NCBI GenBank assembly: GCA_965215195.1
Contig: CBDCDC010000002.1
Span: forward strand, 2,336,001 to 2,400,000
DNA length: 64,000 nucleotides
Direction of reading: 5' to 3'
Source: Candidatus Latescibacterota bacterium
Lineage (GTDB): Bacteria > Latescibacterota > UBA2968 > UBA8231
Part shown: in pieces, positions 8,893 through 20,393 of the stretch
Position numbering within the stretch: position 1 is the first letter of the stretch
Layout: each line of letters starts with the position of its first letter
Translations under genes and position numbers: made by a program
Notes under the pieces: model-generated
The model's database searches: none
What the model saw: only the letters and a program-made list of their open reading frames with translations
Told to the model about the DNA's origin: nothing

Positions 8893-10295
8893 CGCGCCCC
8901 AACATCGTCTTTATTCTCATCGACGATATGGGCTGGAAGGACCTCGTCTGCTACGGCAGTTCCTTCTACGAAACGCCCCACATCGACCGCCTCGCCCGCG
9001 AGGGCATGCGCTTTACCGACGCGTACGCGGCCTGCCCGGTCTGCTCGCCGACCCGCGCCAGCATCCTCACCGGCCAGTACCCGGCCACCGTTGGCATCAC
9101 CGACTGGATCGACGTGCATGGGCACATTCACCCGGCGCGTGGCCAGCTCGTCGATGTGCCGTATCTCAAGCAACTGCCAACGCAAGAACACGCGCTGGCC
9201 CGCGCCCTCAACGAGGGCGGCTATCAGACGTGGCACGTAGGCAAGTGGCACTTGGGCGGCGACGGGCACCTGCCCGCAGACCACGGCTTTGAAGTCAACA
9301 TTGGCGGCGCGCACCAAGGCTCGCCCGGGCGGGGCGGGTACTTCAGCCCTTGGACCATTCCCCCTTTAGAGGACGCCGATGTACCAGAGGGCACGTACCT
9401 AACCGACTACCTGACCGACCAAGTGCTCAACTTGGTGCGCAACCGGGACGAGCGGCCCTTCTTTTTGAACCTTTGGCACTACACCGTCCACACGCCGATC
9501 CAAGCCAAACGAGAAAAGATCGCCCACTACGAAGCCAAAGCCCGCGCCCTCGGCTTGGATCGAGTCGCAGCTTTTGCCGAGGGCGCGTACTTTCCCTGCG
9601 AGCACAAGAAGGACCAGCGCGTCAAACGGCGGCTCATCCAATCCGATCCGGTTTACGCGGCCATGATCGAGAGCCTCGACGAAAACTTGGGCCGCCTCTT
9701 CGCCTTGCTCGACGCGCTCGGCGAGGCCGAAAACACCGTCGTGTTTTTCACCTCGGACAACGGCGGCCTCGCCACCTCCGAAGGCTCGCCGACCTGTAAC
9801 GCGCCGCTGGCCGAGGGCAAGGGCTGGATGTACGAAGGCGGCACCCGCGAACCCTTGCTGGTGCGCTGGCCCGGCCAGATCGCCCGAGGCAGCATCTGCT
9901 CAGTCCCAGTGACCAGCCCGGACTTCTACCCGACGATCCTCGAACTGGCCGGCTTAGACCCCATCCCCGCGCAGCACTGCGACGGTACGAGCATCGCGCC
10001 CTTGTTGCGCGGCGTCGAATCCATTGAGCGCGAGGCCATCTTCTGGCACTATCCGCACTACGGCAATCAGGGCGGCACCCCGGGCTCGTCCGTGCGCGCC
10101 GGCGACTACAAGCTGATCGAGTTTTTTGAAGGCGGGCGGCTGGAACTCTACAATCTGCGCGACGACATCGGCGAAGAGCGCAATCTAGCCGAGCAGATGC
10201 CGCAAATCCGCGACCGGCTGCACGGTCTATTGCGCGAGTGGCGCGAAAACGTGGAAGCCAAAATTCCCCAGCCCAATCCCAATTGGCGCGGCTGA
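8889..10295 (+). CDS. Sulfatase (formylglycine-dependent, Cys type)
   Basis: PNIVFILIDDMG, CSPTRASILTG, GKWHLG, TSDNGG; GTG start overlaps the upstream stop (GTGA). Confidence 0.92.
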   Translation: MTRPNIVFILIDDMGWKDLVCYGSSFYETPHIDRLAREGMRFTDAYAACPVCSPTRASILTGQYPATVGITDWIDVHGHIHPARGQLVDVPYLKQLPTQEHALARALNEGGYQTWHVGKWHLGGDGHLPADHGFEVNIGGAHQGSPGRGGYFSPWTIPPLEDADVPEGTYLTDYLTDQVLNLVRNRDERPFFLNLWHYTVHTPIQAKREKIAHYEAKARALGLDRVAAFAEGAYFPCEHKKDQRVKRRLIQSDPVYAAMIESLDENLGRLFALLDALGEAENTVVFFTSDNGGLATSEGSPTCNAPLAEGKGWMYEGGTREPLLVRWPGQIARGSICSVPVTSPDFYPTILELAGLDPIPAQHCDGTSIAPLLRGVESIEREAIFWHYPHYGNQGGTPGSSVRAGDYKLIEFFEGGRLELYNLRDDIGEERNLAEQMPQIRDRLHGLLREWRENVEAKIPQPNPNWRG

Positions 10296-10332
10296 AGCGG
10301 TATGTTTAGCTAAAAAACGGAGATCGCCGTCT

Positions 10333-11828
<1,496 letters not shown>

Positions 11829-11932
11829 TTACCCTCGTCTCTAAATTGTTTGGTTGTCAGGGTGATAACGTATAGTCAAGTTATCGTATTGGGAGGAACG
11901 CTACGTGAGCAAGAATGAACTAGGCGAACACA

Positions 11933-11950
11933 GGTTGTCATTTGACAACC
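11933..11950. promoter_or_regulatory. Palindromic operator overlapping a TTGACA -35 box upstream of the TA pair
   Basis: ggttgtca-tt-tgacaacc with perfect 8-bp arms; an imperfect second copy ggttgtca-ggg-tgataac lies near 11852. Confidence 0.55.
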
Positions 11951-11990
11951 CCTCAACTTCCTTCCACTTTTTGTAAGAAGCTGCATCCCA

Positions 11991-12254
11991 ATGGCGAGAA
12001 AAGCTCATCCCAAACGAGAAATCGAGGCCGCTCTCAAACATGCAGAAGAACACGGATGGAGAGTCGAAGTAGGGGGTGGACACGCATGGGGTAAAATCTA
12101 CTGCCCCTATAATGACAGCGAGTGCAGATGCGGGGAATTCTGCATAGCCAGCATTTGGAGCACCCCGCGCAACCTTGGGAACCACGCAAGACAAATTCGT
12201 CGAGTCGTTGACCACTGCACTACCCGTATGAGAAGCGAAAACGGCGAGAGATGA
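11991..12254 (+). CDS. HicA-like small toxin (putative)
   Basis: 87 aa, HPKREIEAALKHAEEHGWRVEVGGGHAWG..STP; dsRBD-like HicA pattern with the His; ATGA-coupled to the next gene. Confidence 0.6.
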   Translation: MARKAHPKREIEAALKHAEEHGWRVEVGGGHAWGKIYCPYNDSECRCGEFCIASIWSTPRNLGNHARQIRRVVDHCTTRMRSENGER

Positions 12255-12787
12255 AAATGCACGAGTACGAGTTTACCTTGAAATTCAGCTTACAAAACGC
12301 GCAAGCCGACCCGCAGGAATACGTTGAGTCATTGGGTAAAGCCGGATGCGACGATGCCCTAATTGGCATTGGTCAATGCGGGCGCATCGCGTTCAGTTTT
12401 ACGCGAGAATCGATATCTGCTTACGAAGCTGTCTCAAGTGCCATAAAAGATATTCGCAAAGTGCTCCCCAATGCGAAACTGGTAGAAGCTGTTCCCGACC
12501 TTGTCGGGCTGACAGAGGTTGCCGAGCTATTGGGCTTCACGCGACAGAACATGCGCAAACTCATGATTCGCGCTGGTGCAACCTTTCCTGCACCAGTGCG
12601 CGATGGCAAACCGGCGATATGGCATCTATCTCAGATCCTATCTTGGATGACTAAGACTGGAAAATACGAGATCAACGAAGCGTTAATAGACGTTACAAAA
12701 ACCAACATGATGTATAATGTTGCCATAGCAAGCCAAGAGCTCGATCCTCAATTTCAACAAAAAATTATCCCACTGATTCGGGCGTGA
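12251..12787 (+). CDS. Putative antitoxin / AlpA-like HTH DNA-binding protein
   Basis: YEFTLKF..GCDDALIGIG..FTRES.SA.EAV.SAI; C-terminal HTH LVGLTEVAELLGFTRQNMRKLM..FPAP. Confidence 0.65.
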   Translation: MKMHEYEFTLKFSLQNAQADPQEYVESLGKAGCDDALIGIGQCGRIAFSFTRESISAYEAVSSAIKDIRKVLPNAKLVEAVPDLVGLTEVAELLGFTRQNMRKLMIRAGATFPAPVRDGKPAIWHLSQILSWMTKTGKYEINEALIDVTKTNMMYNVAIASQELDPQFQQKIIPLIRA

Positions 12788-13689
12788 CTGGAACAGTCCC
12801 CACGCCAACCCGCTACCGCGACCGCCAAACCGGGTCTATCGTCGTCGAGCACGTTCCCGGACAGTCCCTCCTCCGCTGGTTCTACGGCACGAGCACGGGG
12901 CAGCTCGTTTTTCGCGCCATCCTCAACCGGCCTCTTTTCTCCCGCTTCTACGGCTGGTGGAAGCAAATCACTTGGACTCGGCGTCAAATCCGCCCTTTTG
13001 CCGAGCGCTACCACATCGACCTCGACGAAATCGAACATCCCCTCAGCCACTATTCCAACTTCAACGACTTTTTCATTCGCCGCCTCAAGCCCGGAGCCAG
13101 ACCCTGCGACCCCGACCCCGAGCGCCTCTGTTGCCCAGCCGATGGCAAGGTCCTCGTCTATCCGCAGCTCGCCCCCGAGGAAGTACTGCCGGTCAAAAGC
13201 AACCAACTCGCAGCCCGCGAACTCCTAGCCGCAGCAATCGACCCCACCCCGTATCACAGCGGTGCCGCCCTCGTCGTGCGCCTCGCCCCGTACGACTATC
13301 ACCGCTTCCACTTCCCAGCCGACGGCCAAGTAGGTCAAACCCAGTGGATCGACGGCTCCTATCACTCGGTCAACCCCATCGCCCTCGCCCGCGTGCCCGA
13401 CGTTTTCCACCGCAACCGGCGCGCCGTCTGCGAGCTAGCGACACCCACCTTCGGCAGGATTGCCTACATCGAAGTCGGTGCTATCAACGTCGCCAGCATC
13501 GTCCAGACGTACTCGCCTGGGCCTTGCGAGCGCGGCCAAGAAAAGGGCTTTTTCCAGTTCGGCGGCTCAACCGTCGTGCTGCTCTTTGAGCCGGGGGCGA
13601 TTGCCTTTGACAGCGATCTAGTGGCCGACTCCGCAGCCGGCCTAGAGGTACACGTCCGCACCGGGGCCGGCGTCGGCAGCCGCGCTTGA
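12784..13689 (+). CDS. psd: Phosphatidylserine decarboxylase proenzyme
   Basis: FNDFFIRRLK, PADGK, RLAPYDYHRFHFP, and the FQFGGSTVV self-cleavage motif. Confidence 0.88.
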   Translation: MTGTVPTPTRYRDRQTGSIVVEHVPGQSLLRWFYGTSTGQLVFRAILNRPLFSRFYGWWKQITWTRRQIRPFAERYHIDLDEIEHPLSHYSNFNDFFIRRLKPGARPCDPDPERLCCPADGKVLVYPQLAPEEVLPVKSNQLAARELLAAAIDPTPYHSGAALVVRLAPYDYHRFHFPADGQVGQTQWIDGSYHSVNPIALARVPDVFHRNRRAVCELATPTFGRIAYIEVGAINVASIVQTYSPGPCERGQEKGFFQFGGSTVVLLFEPGAIAFDSDLVADSAAGLEVHVRTGAGVGSRA

Positions 13690-13750
13690 CCCGCTCCGGC
13701 GGCTGCGGCAAATTTCCCGCTCTGCAATCCCCTATCTCTGGAGGCTACTT

Positions 13751-14731
13751 ATGTCCCTGCAAATGCGCGTAGGTCTGGGCCAGTTCAACGAACTCACCGA
13801 CGAAAAGCTCGCCTTTATCAAGCAGATGGGCTGCGACGATTTTCTGATGAATACCCCCAAGCTCCCCGGCGACAAGCAATGGGAATACGAGGACTTGGCC
13901 GCTCTCAAAAAGCGGGCCGACGATGCCGAGCTGCGGCTGATGGCCCTCGAAAACGTGCCCACCTCGTTTTACGACAAAATCATGCTCGGGCAAAGCGGCC
14001 GCGAAGAACAGCTCCAGCACATGAGCAACACCGTGCGCAATATGGGCAAGGCCGGCATCCCAATCCTCGGCTACCACTGGATCCCCAACAGCGTCTGGCG
14101 CACGCCCGAGCCGGCGACCTTGCGCGGCGGCGCTCGCGCCACTCGCTTTGCCCTCGCCGAGCACAATCCCGAAGAACTGACCCATGGCCGCGTCTTCACC
14201 CACGACGAGATGTGGGAAAACTACTGCTGGTATTTGGAGCGCATCCTGCCCGTAGCCGAGGAAACCGATGTGCGTCTAGCCCTGCACCCGGACGACCCGC
14301 CCACCGGCACGACCCTCGGCGGCATAGCGCGGATATGCAGTTCTTTCGACGACTTCAAGCGCAACATGGACACCTTCGACAGCCCGCATCACGGGCTCGA
14401 CTTCTGCATGGGGTGCTGGTCGGAGATGGGCGGCCACGACAGCGTCATCCGCGCCGTGCGCCACTTCGGCGGGCAAAAGAAAATTATCTACATCCACTTC
14501 CGCGATGTCATCGGGCCGGTGGAGGACTTCCACGAGACCTTCATCGACTGCGGTCAAGTCGATACCTTCGAGGTCGTCAAGACGCTCAAGGCAGTCGGTT
14601 TCGACGGCTTTATGATCACCGATCACGTGCCCCACATTGTCGATGATTCGCCTTGGGGGCACCGGGGGCGCGCCCATTGCGTGGGCTTTATGCAGGCCCT
14701 GATCCAAGTGGTCGACAAGCTCGGCGCGTGA
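13751..14731 (+). CDS. uxuA: Mannonate dehydratase-like protein (second paralog)
   Basis: LALHPDDPP, YIHFRDV, DHVP, MWENYCWYLERILPVAEE. Confidence 0.75.
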   Translation: MSLQMRVGLGQFNELTDEKLAFIKQMGCDDFLMNTPKLPGDKQWEYEDLAALKKRADDAELRLMALENVPTSFYDKIMLGQSGREEQLQHMSNTVRNMGKAGIPILGYHWIPNSVWRTPEPATLRGGARATRFALAEHNPEELTHGRVFTHDEMWENYCWYLERILPVAEETDVRLALHPDDPPTGTTLGGIARICSSFDDFKRNMDTFDSPHHGLDFCMGCWSEMGGHDSVIRAVRHFGGQKKIIYIHFRDVIGPVEDFHETFIDCGQVDTFEVVKTLKAVGFDGFMITDHVPHIVDDSPWGHRGRAHCVGFMQALIQVVDKLGA

Positions 14732-14763
14732 CCCGAAATATCAGGGGATTTAGCAAAGGCATG

Positions 14764-15843
14764 CTATGCGTGCAATAAAGACGCAAGACCCATCCAATCG
14801 GCTAGTTTTTCATGCTGGAAAATCATAGTCTCTTGGATGCTCGACAGCCGTCCTTTTCCCGCTGCTTTGGCCCGTTGGTACATGGCGTGGGCAATGGCCA
14901 CATCGACATAGGCTAGACCCACTGCATTGAAATAGATCCGCTCCTCGGCTGTTTCCCGGCCGCCCTTTTCGCCAGCAACGACTTCGACCAAATTCGCGTA
15001 AATATCCTCGTCGAAGAGCTCGCCATCCTTGTACATGCGACTGAGCGTTTGCGTTCTATGCTTTACGGTCTCCCAATCGTCGCACACAATTTTATCGCAC
15101 TGTTTCGCCACTCCATATTCGTCCTCCCAGCCACCGATATGGCTGTAGAAGGCACCGGGCTTCATCCACGCCGCTTTGAGCAGAGGCGCTTGCGCACTAG
15201 TGGCGGTGACGAGAATATCGGCACCCTCCATGGCCCGCTGTGCATTCGCATCCGAGGCAACAAAGCGAAGATCGCTAAAGAGGGGCCTCATCTCTTCGAC
15301 GAACTGCCTTTCTTCGCGGGCATATTTGGCGGAAATTCGGCACTCCTCAAGGGTTGGGATCGCGGCCTTCATGGCAATTAAGTGCATCTTAGCCTGCTCG
15401 CCCGCGCCTATGAAAGCAATGCTCGTAGAATCCGGCTTGGCGAAATGCTTTGCAGCAATGGCACCCATCGCGCCCACGCGCACATTTGAGCAAAGGGTGC
15501 CGTCCATGAAAGCGATGGGGAATCCTCTCTCAATCTCGGATAGTATGATGACAGCAGAGAGGTTCTGCACACCGTACTGCTCGGGATTGGTGGGAAATAC
15601 GGATACCCATTTGACTCCGCATACCTTTTCGGGCAACAGCGTTGCTGGTAGGCAGTTGATGCGATCTTGGGTACTGTCATTGAAAATCTGGACCACTTTT
15701 TCTGGAAAAAGGATCTCATCTCTGCGGAAGGCAAGCATGGCGTTTTCCGCCGCGCTCATGGCCAAGCGCATATCCAAGCATCCCGCTTGCAGGAGATCCT
15801 CCTGCGAAAGAAAGAGGCATTCAATGCGGTTCTTATCAGTCAT
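14764..15843 (-). CDS. Ornithine cyclodeaminase / mu-crystallin family protein
   Basis: GVKWVSVFPTN, RVGAMGAIAAK, IGAGEQAK, ADILVTATS, FNAVGLAYVDVA. Confidence 0.85.
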   Translation of the reverse strand: MTDKNRIECLFLSQEDLLQAGCLDMRLAMSAAENAMLAFRRDEILFPEKVVQIFNDSTQDRINCLPATLLPEKVCGVKWVSVFPTNPEQYGVQNLSAVIILSEIERGFPIAFMDGTLCSNVRVGAMGAIAAKHFAKPDSTSIAFIGAGEQAKMHLIAMKAAIPTLEECRISAKYAREERQFVEEMRPLFSDLRFVASDANAQRAMEGADILVTATSAQAPLLKAAWMKPGAFYSHIGGWEDEYGVAKQCDKIVCDDWETVKHRTQTLSRMYKDGELFDEDIYANLVEVVAGEKGGRETAEERIYFNAVGLAYVDVAIAHAMYQRAKAAGKGRLSSIQETMIFQHEKLADWMGLASLLHA

Positions 15844-15927
15844 GGTTTCGCCTTTCTCGTGACCTGTTTAGTTTTGTGGAAACTACTTGGAGCACAAACG
15901 ATAATCCACCTAAGGCATTTTGATCAA

Positions 15928-16764
15928 ATGCGAACCGCGGCCGCGCCGCTCGCATCCTGCCGCCGTGCTCGCCGACCAAGCACGCGTCTCCTTCTCACAC
16001 TTCTGCTCGGCACCCCGGCCCTAGCCCAAGACGAGCGCCCCCCCATATCAATCCCCCAACCCGAACACCAGCGCGCGACCCCGACACCGGGCACTCCCTT
16101 GACCATCGTCCAAGTGAGCTATAGAGAGGCGATCAAGGAGCGCGACTATCTCTCGCTGGCCGCGCAGGAACTGGTGAGCTTCACTCGCGTATCGACCCAA
16201 CTCGAAGTGCCCCTGCACTCGCGCGTCCTCACCCTCGACGACCCGCGCATCGCGGACGCGCTGATGCTCTACATGACCGGCTTTGACTGCGTCATACGCC
16301 TAGACGAGCGCGAAAAGCAAGGGCTTGCCCGCTACCTGCACAGCGGCGGCCTGCTCTTTGCCGAGGATATCCTGCCCTTAGAGGCGAATGTTCGCGGATC
16401 CGCTGGCGTAGCCGGCACCCCCTTCGACCGGCAGTTCAAGGCCCTGCTCAAAGACCCGCAAGTCCTCGGCAGTAAGGGAGGCCGCTGGCGCAAGTTGCCC
16501 AAGAGCGATCCCCTGTACTCGGCCTATTTCGACTTCCCCGATGGGCCGCCCCTGAGCGGCACGAACCGGGGCAATGTCTTCGCCTTGGAAGCTATAGAAC
16601 TCAAGGGCCGGGTCGCCGTTATCTTCAGCGATCTCAACATTAGCTGGTCTTGGGGCAACCGCGACGCCGAAGGCCGCGACCGCAGCTTGCAGTTCGGCAC
16701 CAACCTCTTGGTCTGTGCGCTGGCGCAAAAATACGCGGGCCGACCCCTGCCCTTCCGGCGCTGA
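15928..16764 (+). CDS. DUF4159-like domain protein
   Basis: LYMTG..L...EKQGLARYLHSGGLLFAED, PLYSAYFDF, GRVAVIFS, LQFGTNL; signal-like N-terminus. Confidence 0.7.
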   Translation: MRTAAAPLASCRRARRPSTRLLLTLLLGTPALAQDERPPISIPQPEHQRATPTPGTPLTIVQVSYREAIKERDYLSLAAQELVSFTRVSTQLEVPLHSRVLTLDDPRIADALMLYMTGFDCVIRLDEREKQGLARYLHSGGLLFAEDILPLEANVRGSAGVAGTPFDRQFKALLKDPQVLGSKGGRWRKLPKSDPLYSAYFDFPDGPPLSGTNRGNVFALEAIELKGRVAVIFSDLNISWSWGNRDAEGRDRSLQFGTNLLVCALAQKYAGRPLPFRR

Positions 16765-16765
16765 G

Positions 16766-17683
16766 ATGGGTGCTGGCGCGGCGCACTCCGCCCAAATTCG
16801 CAGCGACCTCCTGCTCCTGCTCACAGCTCTGATCTGGGGTTTTGCCTTCGTCGCCCAACGCGCTGGCATGGAGCACGTCGGCCCCTTCTTCTTCAATGGC
16901 GTGCGCTTCGCCCTCGGCTGCTTGCCGCTTTTGCCCTTTGTCCTGCGCACCACCACCACACCGCTCGCATCCCGCCTCCGCCACGCCCTCCGAGGCGGCC
17001 TACTCGCCGGGCTTTTTCTTTTTACCGCCGCTTCCCTGCAACAGGTCGGCATCGTTTACACTACGGCCGGCAAGGCCGGGTTCATCACTGGGCTATACGT
17101 AATTCTAGTGCCAATCCTCGCCTTGTTGCTGCGGCATCGCAGTCGCCGTAGCACTTGGACCGGTGCTTTGGTGGCGACCGCCGGCCTGTACCTGCTGAGC
17201 GTGGAGCCGCCGCTGGCCATGGCCCACGGCGACGCGCTCGTGCTCGCAAGCGCGTTCTTTTGGGCCGGGCACGTGCTGGTCATCGGCAGCCTCTCGCGTC
17301 AGCTCGATTGGGCGGTGCTCGCTTTTTTGCAATTCCTCGTCTGCTCGCTCCTCAGCGCGGCCGTCGCCATCGCCACCGAGCCTATCGCCCTGCAACCGCT
17401 CGTCCATGCAGCCGTACCCGTGTTTTACGGGGGCGTGCTGTCGGTGGGCGTGGCCTATACCCTGCAAGTGGTGGCTCAGCGGCGGGCGGCCCCCGGCCAT
17501 GCGGCCATCATCCTCAGTCTGGAGACGGTTTTCGCGGCGTTGGGAGGGTGGCTTTTGCTACACGAGGAGATGCCCGTGCGCGGGCTGGTCGGGTGTGGGC
17601 TGATGTTGGCGGGGATGCTGATCTCGCAGGTGGGATTGGGGCGGACCTGCAAGAGTCTAAGGGCCGCGTCGAGACTGAAGTAA
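16766..17683 (+). CDS. DMT/EamA family transporter
   Basis: IWGFAFVAQR, GPFFFNGVRF, TAGKAGFITGLY, AAIILSLETVFA; about 10 hydrophobic segments. Confidence 0.9.
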   Translation: MGAGAAHSAQIRSDLLLLLTALIWGFAFVAQRAGMEHVGPFFFNGVRFALGCLPLLPFVLRTTTTPLASRLRHALRGGLLAGLFLFTAASLQQVGIVYTTAGKAGFITGLYVILVPILALLLRHRSRRSTWTGALVATAGLYLLSVEPPLAMAHGDALVLASAFFWAGHVLVIGSLSRQLDWAVLAFLQFLVCSLLSAAVAIATEPIALQPLVHAAVPVFYGGVLSVGVAYTLQVVAQRRAAPGHAAIILSLETVFAALGGWLLLHEEMPVRGLVGCGLMLAGMLISQVGLGRTCKSLRAASRLK

Positions 17684-17772
17684 AGACGCGGCCTATAAAA
17701 AAAGGGGAGAAGGGAGGAATGAGGGGCGGCGGCCGTACAGAAGGGAAGGGCTGCACGACTTCTGACCCTATG

Positions 17773-17908
17773 CTTACTACCCGACACCAGCCCTCAGCCT
17801 GCCAAGGATCGAGGGCATCTTGCCCTCGTCAAGGACGGGACGTCCTTGATCCCGGACCCATCGGAAACAGCAGAAAATGCGTACTCAAAGTAAGTGTCGT
17901 GTACTAAG
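17773..17908 (-). mobile_element. MITE copy C (136 bp, inverted)
   Basis: Ends cttactacccgacac / gtgtcgtgtactaag; perfect 9-bp direct repeat gaccctatg at 17764-17772 and 17909-17917. Confidence 0.88.
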
Positions 17909-18088
17909 GACCCTATGTAAAAAATGGCAGTGGAATTTTACAGGAGAGAGTACGATGTACAACGCCACCACAGACAAGAATAGGACCGCAGGACGAATAG
18001 GCTCCGTTGCTCCCCTAAGAGGGCTGCTCTATACTATGCCGTTCAACGCTAACCCACGCTAAACTCCGCACCTAGAGAAAGGATCAAA

Positions 18089-19045
18089 ATGTCGGACATC
18101 GCACTGACCAACCCATTTTCCCTCAGCACGGACGACGGCTACACTTGGCTCAAGGGCAATCTCCACTCGCACACCACCAATTCCGACGGCAAAGCCGCGC
18201 CCCAAGAGCGACTTGACGGCTATGTCGGCCAAGGCTACGACTTCCTCTGCCTGTCCGACCACCACAAAATCACCTTTGTCGATACCGTGCAGGCCCCGAG
18301 CGACTTCGTGCTCATTCAAGGGGCCGAACTGCACCCGGACAATCCCTTCGGCGGCCAGCGGCACCATTTCCTCTGCCTCCATATCCACGAGGACATGGAC
18401 GCCGAGAAGATGCCCCCCCAGCACGTCATCGACGAGGTCCGGCACCAAGGCGGTGCGGTCTGGCTGGCCCATCCCCATTGGAGTTCGGTCAACATCCTGC
18501 GCGACGCGCTGCCGCTTTCCGGCTTCGCCGGCATTGAGGTCTTCAATACCACCTGCCGCTGCGCCGGACGCGGCGAGTCGAGCGTACATTGGGACGACTG
18601 GATGGAGCTAGAGAATCGCCTCTATCCCGCGCTGGCCAACGACGATTCGCACGCCCTCGAAGCCGACCGGCGCGACACGTACCAAGGCTGGACTTGGGTC
18701 CGCGTCAAAGAGCGCACGGCCGACGCAATCGTTGCCGCCCTAGTCGCCGGTGCTTCGTACGGCAGCACTGGACCCGCAATCCACGACATCCAGCTCCGCC
18801 GCACCGACCGCGAAGGCGACGAGCGCACACAGGTCGAAGCTACAGTGTCCTGCTCGCCGGCCCAGCGCATCGCGGCAGTGTCCGACTTCTTCGGTGCCGA
18901 GTACCATCAGCATGGTGCTCTCTTTGAGACCGCGACCTTCGCACTCAGGGCCAATGTCCGCTGGGTGCGCTTCGAGGTCATCGACAGCCGCGGCCACAAG
19001 GCGTGGTCCAATCCGTTTGATCTAACGGGTCTTAGGCGGGAGTAA
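18089..19045 (+). CDS. PHP-domain metallohydrolase (CehA/McbA-like)
   Basis: KGNLHSHTTNSDG, LSDHH, LAHPHWS, IEVFN, NDDSH, AWSNP. Confidence 0.85.
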   Translation: MSDIALTNPFSLSTDDGYTWLKGNLHSHTTNSDGKAAPQERLDGYVGQGYDFLCLSDHHKITFVDTVQAPSDFVLIQGAELHPDNPFGGQRHHFLCLHIHEDMDAEKMPPQHVIDEVRHQGGAVWLAHPHWSSVNILRDALPLSGFAGIEVFNTTCRCAGRGESSVHWDDWMELENRLYPALANDDSHALEADRRDTYQGWTWVRVKERTADAIVAALVAGASYGSTGPAIHDIQLRRTDREGDERTQVEATVSCSPAQRIAAVSDFFGAEYHQHGALFETATFALRANVRWVRFEVIDSRGHKAWSNPFDLTGLRRE

Positions 19046-19079
19046 GCCGCCTATCGCCCCCTGTCGAAGGACCAATATC

Positions 19080-20291
19080 ATGGCTGACCGCCCCAAAATC
19101 GCCGCCATCAGCACCATTTTCCACCAGTACTCCCACACCCAGCACATTGTCGACCGCTTCTTGGAAGGCTACGGCTGGAACGGCCGCCACCACCGGCCGG
19201 CCATGGACCTCGTCTCGCTCTACGTCGATCAGGTCAATCCCGACCCAGAGGCCGACCGCCCGGACCTGAGCCGCGACCGCGAAGCGCGCTTTCCCCAGCT
19301 AACGATCTACCCCACCGTCGCCGACGCCCTGACGCTGGGCGGCTCAACCCTCGCCGTCGATGGCGTCTTGCTCATCGGCGAGCACGGTTCCTATGGGCAC
19401 AACGAAAAGGGCCAGCACCTCTACCCGCGCTACGAGCTTTTCAAACAGATCGCCTCGGTCTATCGCACGACCGGCAAGAGCGCACCCGTGTTCAACGACA
19501 AGCATCTTTCTTGGAACTGGGAGTGGTGCCAAGAGATGTACGATATTTCGCACGAGCTCAATTTCGCCTTTATGGCCGGCTCTTCGCTGCCCGTTACTTG
19601 GCGCACCCCGTCGCTCGACATGCCCCTTGGTGCCGAGGTCGAAGAAGCCGTCTGCGTCTGCTATGGCGGCGTCGATAGCTACGACTTCCACGGGCTGGAG
19701 ACCTTGCAGTGCATGGTCGAGCGCAGAAAGGGCGGCGAGACCGGGGTCAAATGGCTCCGGGCCTACCGCGACGACAACTTCTGGCAAGCCCACGCCGAGG
19801 GCGCGTGGTCGCATGCGCTCTTTGCAGCCTGCCTCTGCCGCAGCCACACGCTCGCTCCGGCCAGACCCGGGTTCAACAATCCTTTCCCCACCATTGACGA
19901 ACTCAAGCACCTAGTCAAAAGCCCGGTCGCCTACCAGTACGAGCACACCGACGGCCTCCGCTCGACCATGATCCTGATGAACGGGCTAGTCGAGGATTTC
20001 AACTTCGCCGCTCGGCTCAAGGGACGGGACGAGCCGTTCTCGACCCAGATGTACTTGCCCATGCCCCCGGCCCGCACCACGCTCGCCAACTTCTTCAGCC
20101 CGCTGGTCAACAACATCGAGCAGATGTTCCTGAGCGGCCAAGCCACCTATCCGGTTGAACGCACCCTGCTCACTTCGGGCTTGGTCATCGCCGGCGTCGA
20201 TAGCCTCCAGCAAGATCAGACCCAAGTCGAGACGCCCCATCTAAACATCGCCTATCAGGCCACCGCAGAATCCACTTTCTGGACAACCTAG
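19080..20291 (+). CDS. Conserved hypothetical oxidoreductase-like protein (paralog 1)
   Basis: SLYVDQ, GVLLIGEHG.Y, FNDKHLS, MAGSSLPVTWR, YDFHGLE, ERTLLTSG. Confidence 0.75.
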   Translation: MADRPKIAAISTIFHQYSHTQHIVDRFLEGYGWNGRHHRPAMDLVSLYVDQVNPDPEADRPDLSRDREARFPQLTIYPTVADALTLGGSTLAVDGVLLIGEHGSYGHNEKGQHLYPRYELFKQIASVYRTTGKSAPVFNDKHLSWNWEWCQEMYDISHELNFAFMAGSSLPVTWRTPSLDMPLGAEVEEAVCVCYGGVDSYDFHGLETLQCMVERRKGGETGVKWLRAYRDDNFWQAHAEGAWSHALFAACLCRSHTLAPARPGFNNPFPTIDELKHLVKSPVAYQYEHTDGLRSTMILMNGLVEDFNFAARLKGRDEPFSTQMYLPMPPARTTLANFFSPLVNNIEQMFLSGQATYPVERTLLTSGLVIAGVDSLQQDQTQVETPHLNIAYQATAESTFWTT

Positions 20292-20393
20292 AATGCCCCT
20301 GCTGTATTTGCGCTGCGAATCCCCTATTCTGCGCCCAGCTAGGGCACGCCCCACCCAACCCCCTCGCCCCTTTCTCTGGAGCTTTCGTCGCCC

